DNA of 64,000 nucleotides from an uncultured Erysipelotrichaceae bacterium (GTDB lineage Bacteria; Bacillota_I; Bacilli_A; RF39; UBA660): NCBI GenBank assembly GCA_902789225.1, contig CADANC010000001.1, positions 201,438 to 265,437 of the forward strand, read 5' to 3'. Shown piece by piece: positions 54,837 to 64,000 of this stretch (position 1 is its first letter; each line of letters starts with the position of its first letter). The notes under the pieces were generated by a model. It saw only the letters and a program-made list of their open reading frames with translations, ran no database searches and was not told where the DNA came from. The position numbers and the translations under genes were made by a program.

Positions 54837-57422
54837 TTAATCCTTATACATAAATTTTAAAGCAGGTTTTATTATTTCATAGCAAGCAAATCCAAATAAA
54901 TTAATTATTAATACTAATAAAACATATTGAAGTGGAATTATTTCAATACTTATCAATGATCCAACAGGAGTAAGGAAGAATAATATTTCTATTATTAATA
55001 ATATAAATAATCCAATATTCATAGCTTTATTAGAGAATACATCTTTAGCTTTAATATGTTCTTTTAAATTTCTACAAGATACTGCATACATTAATTCTTG
55101 GAACACTAATGAAAGAAGTGCTAATTCTAATTCATAATTTCCAATATTTACTTTCACAAAGAAATAAACAAATAATACAAATAATGTTTCAATTATTGCT
55201 GAAGAAACAATACAAGAAATAACAAATGGTGTAAATATAGGTTTTTTAACATCATTTGGTTCTCTATCCATAATTCCATCTTCAGCTTTTTCAAATGATA
55301 ATGCAATACTTGGAATAGAATCTGTAACTAAATCAATAAATAAAATATGAATAGGAAGTAATATTGTATTACCAGTAAGCATACCAATAATTACAATTAA
55401 CAACTCCGCAATATTAGAACTTAATGAATATACTATATTTTTTCTAATATTAGAAAAGATTTTTCTACCTTCTTCTACAGCAACAACAATAGTTCCAAAA
55501 GATTCATTAAGTAAAACTATATCTGATACATTCTTTGTTACATCTGTACCAGTAACACCCATACCAATACCTACATTAGCATCTTTTATAGCAGGAGCAT
55601 CATTAACCCCATCCCCTGTCATCGCAACAATTTTACCTTGTGCTTGTAAAGCATGAATAATTCTAAGTTTATGAGTAGGACTAACTCTTGCATAAACATT
55701 ATATTTATTAACAATATCTTTTAATTCTTCATCATCATATTTATCTAACTCACTACCTAGAATACTTTCATTGTCATTAGAAGTAATACCTACTTCTTTC
55801 GCAATAGCAGTAGCTGTAATTAGTGAATCTCCAGTTATCATTACAGGTCTAATAGAAGCATTTTTACAAGTCTTAACAGCATTAAACACATCATCTCTAG
55901 GAGGATCAATAATACCTACATATCCAGCTAAAATTAAATTATTTTCTTCATCTAATACTTCATTAGAATCAGCAGGAACTTTTTTCAACTCTTTATAAGC
56001 ATAACTCATAACTCTAAGAGCTTTTTCAGCCATATTATTACCATCTTCTATAATTTCATCTTTTTCTTTTTTAGTTAACTTTTTATCTTTAGTTCCTATA
56101 TAATTACATCTATTTAAAACATTAGAAAATGAACCTTTAACTAATAAATAATACTTACCATTAATAATATTAACAGTACTCATTATTTTTCTATCAGAAT
56201 CAAAAGGTGCTACTTCAAGTCTCTTATTTGACATTCTCATATTAAGAATATCAATTTTTTTATCATCTAAATAATCATATAAACAACTCTCAGTAGGATC
56301 TCCAATATATTTATTCTTATCAATTAACGTATCATTACATAAACCAAATATATAATGTAAAAATTCTTCATTATAAGCTTTATCTTCTTTAATAGTCATT
56401 TCATTTTTAGTAATAGTACCTGTCTTATCAGAACAAATAACATTTATATTACCCAAAGTTTCTATAGCACCCATCTGTCTAACAATAGCTCTTCTCTTTA
56501 ATAAATCTTGAGTTCCATTAGATAAAGTTATTGTTATGACAGCAGGAAGTCCTTCAGGAATAGCTGCTACAGCTAAAGAAACACATAACATAATAGTTTC
56601 TACAATACTATTTTTCATAAATACACTATATAAGAATATTAAGATCAATATTACAAATATCAATTTAGTAATAGTAATACTAATTTCTCTCATTCTCTTT
56701 TCTAAAGGGGTTTCTACTCTATAAGGAGTATTTAAACTAACAGCAATTTTTCCAAGTTCTGTATTCATTCCAGTAGAAGTAACAATAGCTTCACATCTAC
56801 CACTAGTAATATTAGATCCAGAAAATAGCATATTATTTTGATCTTGTAATTGTAAAGTTCCGTTTAGAGTTTTTTCACTCTTCATAACAGCAACACTTTC
56901 ACCTGTAAGTTGAGACTCATCAACATATAAATTATCTAAATTAATAATTCTAGCATCAGCTGCTACTCTATCACCTGCTTGTAAAACAATAATATCTCCA
57001 GGAACTAATAAAGAAGAATCGATAACTTCAAGTTTTCCATCTCTTTTAACAGTACTACGACGAACAATATAACTCTTTAGACCATCTAAAGTTACTTGTG
57101 CTTTTGCCTCTTGAATAAAGCCCATAAAAGCATTAATAAAAACAACCACACCAATAACAATAGTATCTGTATAATCTCCACTAACAAAATAAGCATAAAT
57201 ACCCATAATTATTGCTACAATAATCAAAATAATAATCATAAAATCATTAAATTGATCCAAAAAGATTCTAAACTTAGATCTACTCTTAGCTTCAATTAAT
57301 TCATTATTTCCATATTTTTTTAATAATTTTGAAGCATCTTTAGAACTTAATCCATCTTTAGAACTATTTAACTCTCTATAAATATCATTTAAGTTTTTAT
57401 TATAATACATAAAGCACACCAC
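54837..57422 (-). CDS. Calcium-transporting P-type ATPase (P2A/P2B, YloB-like)
   Basis: Has DKTGTIT, TGDS, GDGVNDAP and 10 TM helices. 861 aa. Confidence 0.9.
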   Translation of the reverse strand: MVCFMYYNKNLNDIYRELNSSKDGLSSKDASKLLKKYGNNELIEAKSRSKFRIFLDQFNDFMIIILIIVAIIMGIYAYFVSGDYTDTIVIGVVVFINAFMGFIQEAKAQVTLDGLKSYIVRRSTVKRDGKLEVIDSSLLVPGDIIVLQAGDRVAADARIINLDNLYVDESQLTGESVAVMKSEKTLNGTLQLQDQNNMLFSGSNITSGRCEAIVTSTGMNTELGKIAVSLNTPYRVETPLEKRMREISITITKLIFVILILIFLYSVFMKNSIVETIMLCVSLAVAAIPEGLPAVITITLSNGTQDLLKRRAIVRQMGAIETLGNINVICSDKTGTITKNEMTIKEDKAYNEEFLHYIFGLCNDTLIDKNKYIGDPTESCLYDYLDDKKIDILNMRMSNKRLEVAPFDSDRKIMSTVNIINGKYYLLVKGSFSNVLNRCNYIGTKDKKLTKKEKDEIIEDGNNMAEKALRVMSYAYKELKKVPADSNEVLDEENNLILAGYVGIIDPPRDDVFNAVKTCKNASIRPVMITGDSLITATAIAKEVGITSNDNESILGSELDKYDDEELKDIVNKYNVYARVSPTHKLRIIHALQAQGKIVAMTGDGVNDAPAIKDANVGIGMGVTGTDVTKNVSDIVLLNESFGTIVVAVEEGRKIFSNIRKNIVYSLSSNIAELLIVIIGMLTGNTILLPIHILFIDLVTDSIPSIALSFEKAEDGIMDREPNDVKKPIFTPFVISCIVSSAIIETLFVLFVYFFVKVNIGNYELELALLSLVFQELMYAVSCRNLKEHIKAKDVFSNKAMNIGLFILLIIEILFFLTPVGSLISIEIIPLQYVLLVLIINLFGFACYEIIKPALKFMYKD

Positions 57423-57442
57423 CTAAAAAAGGTTAGTTATTA

Positions 57443-58300
57443 TTAACTAACTTTTTGACAACTAAATCCTCCAGATAAAACACTTTTTTCTATTTCATTA
57501 ATGTTTTCATCTAATTCAAATTCAGGATATTCAAATCCAGCTTCAGTATAAGCTGCTTTTACTCCTGTTTTATCTACAGTATTATAATCAAAACTTTGAG
57601 TTTCAACAACTGTATTATCTCCTTCAACATAATTACATTCAATATATACTCCAGATAAGTTATTCATACCAACAGATTTACTTAAATTATCACATTTATT
57701 ATATAATTCTTTAAATTTTTCAACATCTTTATTAGCATCACCTTTAGTCTCAACTTTATAATTAAATGACTTTAATAAATAATTTTTAAAACTAAAAGTC
57801 TCAGTATAAGTAATATCTAATTCATCAGTACTTCTATCTAAAGTACAAATTAGTTTTCCAGAATCAACTTCTTCTTCTTCAACATGAGTTTTATATTGAA
57901 TATATAAATTTCTAATATCAGGTAAGAATATAACAAAAGCAATCAAGAAAACAAAAAATAAAATCATTGCTACTCTTCTTCTAGAGTATCCTTTTTCTTC
58001 TTCAGCAGTACGAACAATTGGCTTCTTCTCTTTCTTTTCATGAACTTGATAAGCTTCTAAATGGATATGTCCCTCTCCAGCTGTTTCAACTCTAGCAGAA
58101 TTATCAGTTCTAGGTTGTTCACTACTAGTATCTTCAGTAGTAAGAACTTCAGCATCATTAGAAGGAGCACTAGGCTGAGGAGTATTACTAACTGGTTGTG
58201 ATGAATCAACAGGAGTACTTTCTAATATTTCAGGATTAGCATTAGTATTTTGAACACTTCCATTATTTAAATTATTTTCTTCATTATTCATATAAGTCAC
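57443..58300 (-). CDS. Membrane-anchored hypothetical protein with a low-complexity N-terminus
   Basis: 285 aa with a central TM helix. Confidence 0.5.
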   Translation of the reverse strand: MTYMNNEENNLNNGSVQNTNANPEILESTPVDSSQPVSNTPQPSAPSNDAEVLTTEDTSSEQPRTDNSARVETAGEGHIHLEAYQVHEKKEKKPIVRTAEEEKGYSRRRVAMILFFVFLIAFVIFLPDIRNLYIQYKTHVEEEEVDSGKLICTLDRSTDELDITYTETFSFKNYLLKSFNYKVETKGDANKDVEKFKELYNKCDNLSKSVGMNNLSGVYIECNYVEGDNTVVETQSFDYNTVDKTGVKAAYTEAGFEYPEFELDENINEIEKSVLSGGFSCQKVS

Positions 58301-58326
58301 CCCTTATTATATCCATTATACCAAAA

Positions 58327-58956
58327 TTATCTTAAACTATCTATTTTATTTTGAAAATTATCACTCTTTACAATATAACTACCAGATACAACCATATCAC
58401 AATCTACACATTTAGATATAGTCTTATCATTTACTCCTCCATCTATGTTAATAATTATATTATTAAGTTTATATTCTTTAAGTAATTGTCTTATCTCTTT
58501 AACTTTATCATAAGATGAAGAAATAAACTCTTGTCCCCCTTCACCAGGTTCAACACTCATAACAAGTATTAAATCAACATAAGGTAAATAAGGAATAATA
58601 TCTCTAATATTAGTATTAGGCTTAATCGCAATACCAGCCTTAATATTATATGATTTTATTAATTTTATATAACTATTTACATCTCCAGGTATTTCTGAGT
58701 GTATAGTAATATATTCCGTATTTAAAGATGAATAATTTTTTATATATTTGGTTGGATCACTAACCATAAGATGAACATCCAATCTTTTATCAGTATATTT
58801 ATATATATTTTTCATCTCACTCCATGGCATTGTCTTATTTTTAACAAATATTCCATCCATAATATCTACATGAATAAAATCACAATCCGTATCATTTAAT
58901 AGTTTTAAGTCTCTAGGAATATTATCACTACTTAAAAAAGATACACTTACTTTCAT
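58327..58956 (-). CDS. rpe: Ribulose-phosphate 3-epimerase
   Basis: Has FIHVDIMDGIFV... and the TIM-barrel motifs. It is syntenic with rsgA and prkC. Confidence 0.85.
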   Translation of the reverse strand: MKVSVSFLSSDNIPRDLKLLNDTDCDFIHVDIMDGIFVKNKTMPWSEMKNIYKYTDKRLDVHLMVSDPTKYIKNYSSLNTEYITIHSEIPGDVNSYIKLIKSYNIKAGIAIKPNTNIRDIIPYLPYVDLILVMSVEPGEGGQEFISSSYDKVKEIRQLLKEYKLNNIIINIDGGVNDKTISKCVDCDMVVSGSYIVKSDNFQNKIDSLR

Positions 58957-59780
58957 TTTCTATCATCTCCCACAAATTTTAGATAATTATCATATCTACT
59001 CTTAATTATATTATTATCTAAAACTGCTTGAATTACACCACAATTTTCTGTATTTATATGAGAACAATCTCGATATTCACAAGGATAATTATTAAACTCA
59101 ATAAAAGCATTCCTAATTTCTTCTTTAGAATAATTATTTAAATCTAGTGCACTAAATCCAGGAGTATCAATTATATATCCAGAAGAAACCTCATACATAG
59201 AAGTTTCTCTAGTAGTATGTCTACCTCTACCAAGTGATATAGATACATCTCCAGTTTCTATATCATATGAATCATCTAATTTATTAATCAATGTACTTTT
59301 ACCAGCTCCAGTCTGTCCAGTAAATACACTAATCTTTCCATCAAGTAAACTCTTTATTTTATCTAATTCTGTATTATAAATAACCTCATATCCAATTTTT
59401 CTATAATAATTAAATATTTCTTCATAATCATCCATATCTTTAACTAAATCAGTCTTAGTAATAATTATGATAGGTTTAACATTATGAAGTTCCATTAATA
59501 TCAAAAATTTATCTAATAAATTAAGAGAAAAATCAGGAATAACTAAACTTGTAATAATAAACGCTTGATCAATATTACAAACTTTAGGTCTATCAAAACT
59601 ATTCTTTCTAGGTAACAACTCATTAATTACCAATTCTTTTTCATCAAAAAGAACATATTCACCCACTAGTGGCGTGATATGTTCATGTCTTAATATTCCT
59701 CTACATTTACAAGGATAAATCTTATTATCATATTTTACAAAATGTAAATCACTTATTATTTTAACGATTTGTCCTTTCAT
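58953..59780 (-). CDS. rsgA: Ribosome small-subunit biogenesis GTPase RsgA (CpgA)
   Basis: Circularly permuted GTPase (GQTGAGKSTLINKL) and a C-terminal zinc finger CEYRDCSH...C. Confidence 0.9.
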   Translation of the reverse strand: MKGQIVKIISDLHFVKYDNKIYPCKCRGILRHEHITPLVGEYVLFDEKELVINELLPRKNSFDRPKVCNIDQAFIITSLVIPDFSLNLLDKFLILMELHNVKPIIIITKTDLVKDMDDYEEIFNYYRKIGYEVIYNTELDKIKSLLDGKISVFTGQTGAGKSTLINKLDDSYDIETGDVSISLGRGRHTTRETSMYEVSSGYIIDTPGFSALDLNNYSKEEIRNAFIEFNNYPCEYRDCSHINTENCGVIQAVLDNNIIKSRYDNYLKFVGDDRK

Positions 59781-59802
59781 TTAATACCTCCAATTATTTA
59801 TA

Positions 59803-61566
59803 TTATTCTTCACCAGGAGAAGGAGTTGGAGTTGTACTAGGTGTAGGAGAAGTCTTTGGTGTAGTTTTAGGTTTAGTTGCTACAGTAAGAGTTAAATTTG
59901 TTCCTTTAGTAATTTTAGTACCAGGTCTAATACTTTGTTCAAATATTTTTCCTTCCTCATACTGAGTAGTTTCTTGTTCCTTATATGAACATTTAAGTTC
60001 ATATCTTGTACAAAATGCATCTACTTCATCTCTAGTCCAACCTTCACCAACAATATTAGGGAATGTATCTACTTGATTAGCAACATATAATGTGATTTTA
60101 TCCCCTTTCTTAACTTTAGTTCCAGCAGGTAAGCTTTGTTCAATAATTGCATCAGGATCATCTACAGCAGTAGTTACATCCTTTTTCTCTACAGTAACTT
60201 TTAATTCATATTTTACTTCTAAAATAGCTTTTACTTCATTAACATTCTTACCAACATAATCTTCTAATTCTACACTCTCTGATCCTAAAGATTTATAAAT
60301 TGTAATAGTTGTTCCAGTTTTAACAGTTCTACCTGATTCTGGATTAGTTTTTACAACTTTATTTTTATCTATTTCATCTGAATATGCTGTTTTTATTTTA
60401 GTCGCAACTTCCAAATCTTTTTCATGAAGAAGTTGTTCACATTTACTAACAGTTTTTCCTTTACAATCAGGAATAACAACATCCTTTTCAGCAGTTAAAG
60501 CTGGATAAATAACAAATACAAATAATAATGTAAGTAAAGCAATTGCTAAAATAACAGCTAAGATAATTATCAAAACTTTACTTTTCTTATCTTCAACATC
60601 ATCTATTTTATTAACTATCTCTTTAGTATCTTCTATATCACTATCATCATCTTTTGGTAAATCCTCTATTTTCTTTATTTTTTTAGTTTCATCAGTTTCA
60701 TGTTCAGGATATTTAAATTTAATAGGAGGTTCATTTATTCTTTCTTCATTTAGAGCAGTTAATAAATCTTCATGCATACTTCTAGAATCTTCATATCTAT
60801 TTTTTGGATTCTTAGCAGTAGCTTTAAGAATAATATTTTCTATACTTTGAGGTATTTCATCATCTTCTTCTCTAATACTAGGAAAAGGATCTCTCATTTG
60901 TTTCAAAGCTATTTCAACAGCATTTTCTCCCTTGAAAGGTAACTTTCCAGTTAATAATTCATAAAAGATTATACCCATTGAATAGATATCACTCTTTACA
61001 GTTGCTCCTTTACCACTAGCTTGTTCAGGTGGTAAATAATGAACACTACCCATTACTGAATTTGTTTGAGTTAGTTGAGTAGAATTTAATGCCATCGCAA
61101 TACCAAAATCAGTAATTTTAATTTGACCATCATCCTTAATCATTATATTTTGAGGTTTTAAATCTCTATGAATGATATAAGAATCATGGGCATGTGCCAT
61201 ACCATCAGTAAGTTGTAACATTATATCTATAGTTTCACTTAAAGTTAAAGTACCACGTTTCTTTAATAATTGCTTTAATGTAACCCCATCAATAAATTCC
61301 ATTACTATATAATAAAGGCCATCATCTTCTCCAACATCATACATCTCAACTATATTTGGATGAGCTAAACTTGAGGCTGATAAAGCTTCACGTTGAAAAC
61401 GTCTAACAAATTTTTCATCGTTAGATAAGTCACCTCTTAATACTTTAATCGCTACATTTCTATCAAGTATAGTGTCATATCCAAGATAAACATTGGCCAT
61501 TCCACCTTCGCCGATAGACTTAATAACTTCATAACGATCATTTATTTTTTGACCCTTAGTTACCAC
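59803..61566 (-). CDS. prkC: Ser/Thr protein kinase with a TM helix and three PASTA domains
   Basis: Has the Hanks kinase motifs (HRDLKPQN, DFG), then a TM helix and PASTA repeats. Confidence 0.95.
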   Translation of the reverse strand: MVTKGQKINDRYEVIKSIGEGGMANVYLGYDTILDRNVAIKVLRGDLSNDEKFVRRFQREALSASSLAHPNIVEMYDVGEDDGLYYIVMEFIDGVTLKQLLKKRGTLTLSETIDIMLQLTDGMAHAHDSYIIHRDLKPQNIMIKDDGQIKITDFGIAMALNSTQLTQTNSVMGSVHYLPPEQASGKGATVKSDIYSMGIIFYELLTGKLPFKGENAVEIALKQMRDPFPSIREEDDEIPQSIENIILKATAKNPKNRYEDSRSMHEDLLTALNEERINEPPIKFKYPEHETDETKKIKKIEDLPKDDDSDIEDTKEIVNKIDDVEDKKSKVLIIILAVILAIALLTLLFVFVIYPALTAEKDVVIPDCKGKTVSKCEQLLHEKDLEVATKIKTAYSDEIDKNKVVKTNPESGRTVKTGTTITIYKSLGSESVELEDYVGKNVNEVKAILEVKYELKVTVEKKDVTTAVDDPDAIIEQSLPAGTKVKKGDKITLYVANQVDTFPNIVGEGWTRDEVDAFCTRYELKCSYKEQETTQYEEGKIFEQSIRPGTKITKGTNLTLTVATKPKTTPKTSPTPSTTPTPSPGEE

Positions 61567-62303
61567 TAGTTTTCACCTGCCTCGCGTACTAAATAAGCAA
61601 CCGAAATATTATCTGTTCCACCCCTGTTATTAGCTTTATTTATAAGCTTCTTAACTTTTTCTTCAACAGAATCTTTAGTTAATAAAACTTTATTAATTTG
61701 ATCTTTATCAAGTAGATTAGTTAATCCATCACTAGAAAGTAATATTTCACTAATATCCATATTACAATCAAAGATATCTACATCAACTTTTGCACTAGCT
61801 CCTAGCGCTTTCATCAAAACATTTTTCTTTGGATGATTAGTAGCTTCTTCCTTAGTTAATTCTCCTGCACTAACAAGCAAATTAACTAGAGTATGATCAT
61901 AAGTAACTTTATGCAAAACATCATCCTTCATAACAAAACCGCTAGAATCACCAACATTTCCAAATAGTAAGTAATTCTCAGTCAAAATAGCCATTACTAA
62001 AGTAGTTCCCATACCTTTACTCTCAGGATTATTCTTTTCATGTTGAAATATTAAACCATTTATTTCTTCATATGCAGCTCTAATCCATTTAACAGCATCT
62101 ACTTTACTTAAATCAAAAAATGTTTCTTTAAAATGTTTTCCTAAATAGTTTATAGCAATAGATGAAGCAACTTCACCTGCACGATGTCCCCCCATTCCAT
62201 CAGCAATAGCCATTAATTGACACCCATTTGCTTCTACAATAACTACACTATCTTCATTATGATCCCTAACTTTTCCAGGATCAGTTAAATAAAAGGATTT
62301 CAT
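61566..62303 (-). CDS. stp: PP2C-family Ser/Thr phosphatase
   Basis: Has DGMGGH...GTT...DG...DN. It overlaps prkC. Confidence 0.9.
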   Translation of the reverse strand: MKSFYLTDPGKVRDHNEDSVVIVEANGCQLMAIADGMGGHRAGEVASSIAINYLGKHFKETFFDLSKVDAVKWIRAAYEEINGLIFQHEKNNPESKGMGTTLVMAILTENYLLFGNVGDSSGFVMKDDVLHKVTYDHTLVNLLVSAGELTKEEATNHPKKNVLMKALGASAKVDVDIFDCNMDISEILLSSDGLTNLLDKDQINKVLLTKDSVEEKVKKLINKANNRGGTDNISVAYLVREAGEN

Positions 62304-63322
62304 TTTAACTCCTCCTTACTTCTAAGCTGTCCACAGGCAGCACTGATATTACCACCAAATTCTCTTCTTATTGTAACATTAATATCATTCTTCTTAAGTA
62401 TATCATAAAAACTACTGATTTGTATCATTTTACTACGCTTAAACTGAATATTTTCAGTTTCATTATAAGGAATTAAATTAACATAACAATTCAAACCTTT
62501 TAATAGTTTAGAAAGTTCTAACGCACACTCATCACTATCATTAACACCATCTAACATAATATATTCCATAGTAAGTCTTCTATTAGTCTTAGAATAATAC
62601 TCTTTTAATGCAGGCATCAACACTTCTAAAGGATAAGCTTTATTAATAGGCATTATCTTATCTCTAATCTCATTATTAGGAGCATGTAAACTAATTGCTA
62701 AATTTACTTGTAAATCTAAATTACTAAACTCTTTAATTTTAGGAACAATTCCACAAGTACTAACAGTAATATGTCTAGCTCCAATAGCAAGTCCAAAATT
62801 ACTATTAATAATCTTAATAAATTTAATTATATTATCATAATTATCAAAAGGTTCACCAATACCCATAATAACAACATGACTTATCCTATCACCTAATTCT
62901 TCTTCAATTAAAAGTATTTGTTCGACCATCTCATATACTTCAAGAACTCTAACTCTTTTTCTTCTTCCACTCTCACAAAATTTACATCCCATGTTACAAC
63001 CAACTTCAGAAGAAATACAAACACTCTTACCATAATCATGCATCATTAAAACAGCTTCTATATGTTCACCATCTACAAGTTCAAATAAATACTTTCTAGT
63101 ATCATCATCTTTTTCAACTTTAACAATCTTAATCATCTCAAATGAAAAATCAGACTTAATTTTTTCAAGAATATCTTTTTTAATATCAGTTATTTCATCT
63201 ATATTTTTAATCTTTTTTTCATATAACCATCTAAATAGTTGTTTACCATGAAACTTTTTATCACCTATAGATTCAAAATAACTTTCAAAATCATCTAATT
63301 CATTACTATAAATATTAGACAT
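62300..63322 (-). CDS. rlmN: 23S rRNA m2A2503 / tRNA methyltransferase, radical SAM
   Basis: CNMGCKFC radical-SAM cluster. 340 aa. It lies upstream of stp as in Bacillus yloN. Confidence 0.9.
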   Translation of the reverse strand: MSNIYSNELDDFESYFESIGDKKFHGKQLFRWLYEKKIKNIDEITDIKKDILEKIKSDFSFEMIKIVKVEKDDDTRKYLFELVDGEHIEAVLMMHDYGKSVCISSEVGCNMGCKFCESGRRKRVRVLEVYEMVEQILLIEEELGDRISHVVIMGIGEPFDNYDNIIKFIKIINSNFGLAIGARHITVSTCGIVPKIKEFSNLDLQVNLAISLHAPNNEIRDKIMPINKAYPLEVLMPALKEYYSKTNRRLTMEYIMLDGVNDSDECALELSKLLKGLNCYVNLIPYNETENIQFKRSKMIQISSFYDILKKNDINVTIRREFGGNISAACGQLRSKEELK

Positions 63323-63367
63323 CTAATCACCTAGAAATATTATACCATAAGAAAAAGATTATAAATC

Positions 63368-63778
63368 TTATATCTGTTTATTAATATCTAATAAAACATC
63401 TAAATAATCTTTATAATCTTTTTTATATTGTAAATATCCTCTTATTATCTTTTCATTATCTTCCTTAGATAAACGATAACTATCACTTAATTCAACCATT
63501 TCTTTTAATTCACTTCTAGTAATAGTAAATTGTTTATTATTTCCAGTATAAAAATCTTTTAATATTTTACTTAGTTTACTATATTTTTTTAAATCAATAT
63601 AATCATTTCTAAAGTTCTTATAATCTGTAAATAAACTTAATGCTATAACATATGAATTAATATGAAATTCATTATAATCAGAATTATATAAGAAATCATA
63701 TAAAAGATTTTTATTACGTTCTTTTTCTTCAGATATTTTAAAATAATATGTATTTAAAAATAAACTTTTTTCTTTCAT
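63368..63778 (-). CDS. Hypothetical protein
   Basis: 136-aa ORF. Confidence 0.45.
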   Translation of the reverse strand: MKEKSLFLNTYYFKISEEKERNKNLLYDFLYNSDYNEFHINSYVIALSLFTDYKNFRNDYIDLKKYSKLSKILKDFYTGNNKQFTITRSELKEMVELSDSYRLSKEDNEKIIRGYLQYKKDYKDYLDVLLDINKQI

Positions 63779-63999
63779 TAATGACCACTTCCTAAACCAT
63801 TACTACCACCTGTATGAACACTTTCTGTTCCATAATTAAAATTAGGATTTAACATTTCTTGTAATTGAACATCTTGAGGAGATGAAGAAGAACCAATAAA
63901 ATTTGTATTATCTCTATCTAATGGAAGATGTTGAAATCTATAATCAACATGAATAGTAATACCAACTCTACTTTTTCCACCATAATTATGATATTCCAA
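63778..63999 (-). CDS. C-terminal fragment of a gene that continues beyond the window end
   Basis: The ORF is open to the window edge. Confidence 0.35.
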   Translation of the reverse strand: MEYHNYGGKSRVGITIHVDYRFQHLPLDRDNTNFIGSSSSPQDVQLQEMLNPNFNYGTESVHTGGSNGLGSGH

Positions 64000-64000
64000 T

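Noticed and set aside
1-64000. CRISPR arrays, IS elements, integrases, phage structural genes.
   Set aside because: No regularly spaced direct repeats with unique spacers, no transposase/integrase-like ORFs and no recognisable phage proteins were seen.

Overview
This 64-kb window is a very AT-rich (roughly 24-25% GC), standard-code chromosome segment with the gene content and synteny of a low-GC Gram-positive anaerobe (Firmicutes, Clostridia/Erysipelotrichia-like). It encodes PFOR, anaerobic RNR NrdD, a PASTA kinase, SipW-type signal peptidases, and the conserved rlmN-stp-prkC-rsgA-rpe block. Almost all genes lie on the minus strand. Recognisable housekeeping genes include glmS with its upstream glmS ribozyme, recG, PFOR (nifJ/por), nrdD with a divergent Crp/Fnr regulator, scpA/scpB, dut, tex, rpe, rsgA, prkC, stp, rlmN, mgtC, a Ca2+ P-type ATPase and a CDF transporter. 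There is also a UmuC-like Y-family polymerase with a YolD-like partner, tRNA-His and tRNA-Leu, and a degenerate tRNA-like remnant. Three regions stand out:

- **Modular hydrolase array (about 22.2-33.4 kb):** a minus-strand, multi-transcript cell-envelope glycan locus contains five paralogous genes. They share a conserved N-terminal two-helix membrane hairpin with a conserved extracytoplasmic Cys pair and a CW motif. This hairpin is fused to different carbohydrate- or peptidoglycan-active heads (SGNH esterase, GH114-like glycosidase, two CHAP amidases, and one headless copy). The array sits next to an Alg14/Alg13-like split glycosyltransferase, a GT4 enzyme, a phosphodiester glycosidase and a Pro/Ala-rich membrane protein. 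I could not place the N-terminal module in any family I know, and I think this modular array is the most likely novel system in the window.
- **Islet next to tRNA-His (about 1.3-3.9 kb):** it carries a stand-alone EndoU-type RNase toxin domain with an overlapping candidate immunity gene, a DUF4417-like gene, and a 32-aa Fst/Ldr-like hydrophobic peptide with a strong SD. It also has three copies of an ~95-nt promoter/terminator-bounded sRNA-like repeat.
- **SipW locus (about 38.3-40.8 kb):** an active SipW/Sec11-type signal peptidase with an unusual ~270-aa C-terminal extension sits beside a degenerate, probably inactive SipW paralog.

All functional assignments come from reading motifs by eye; no database search was possible.
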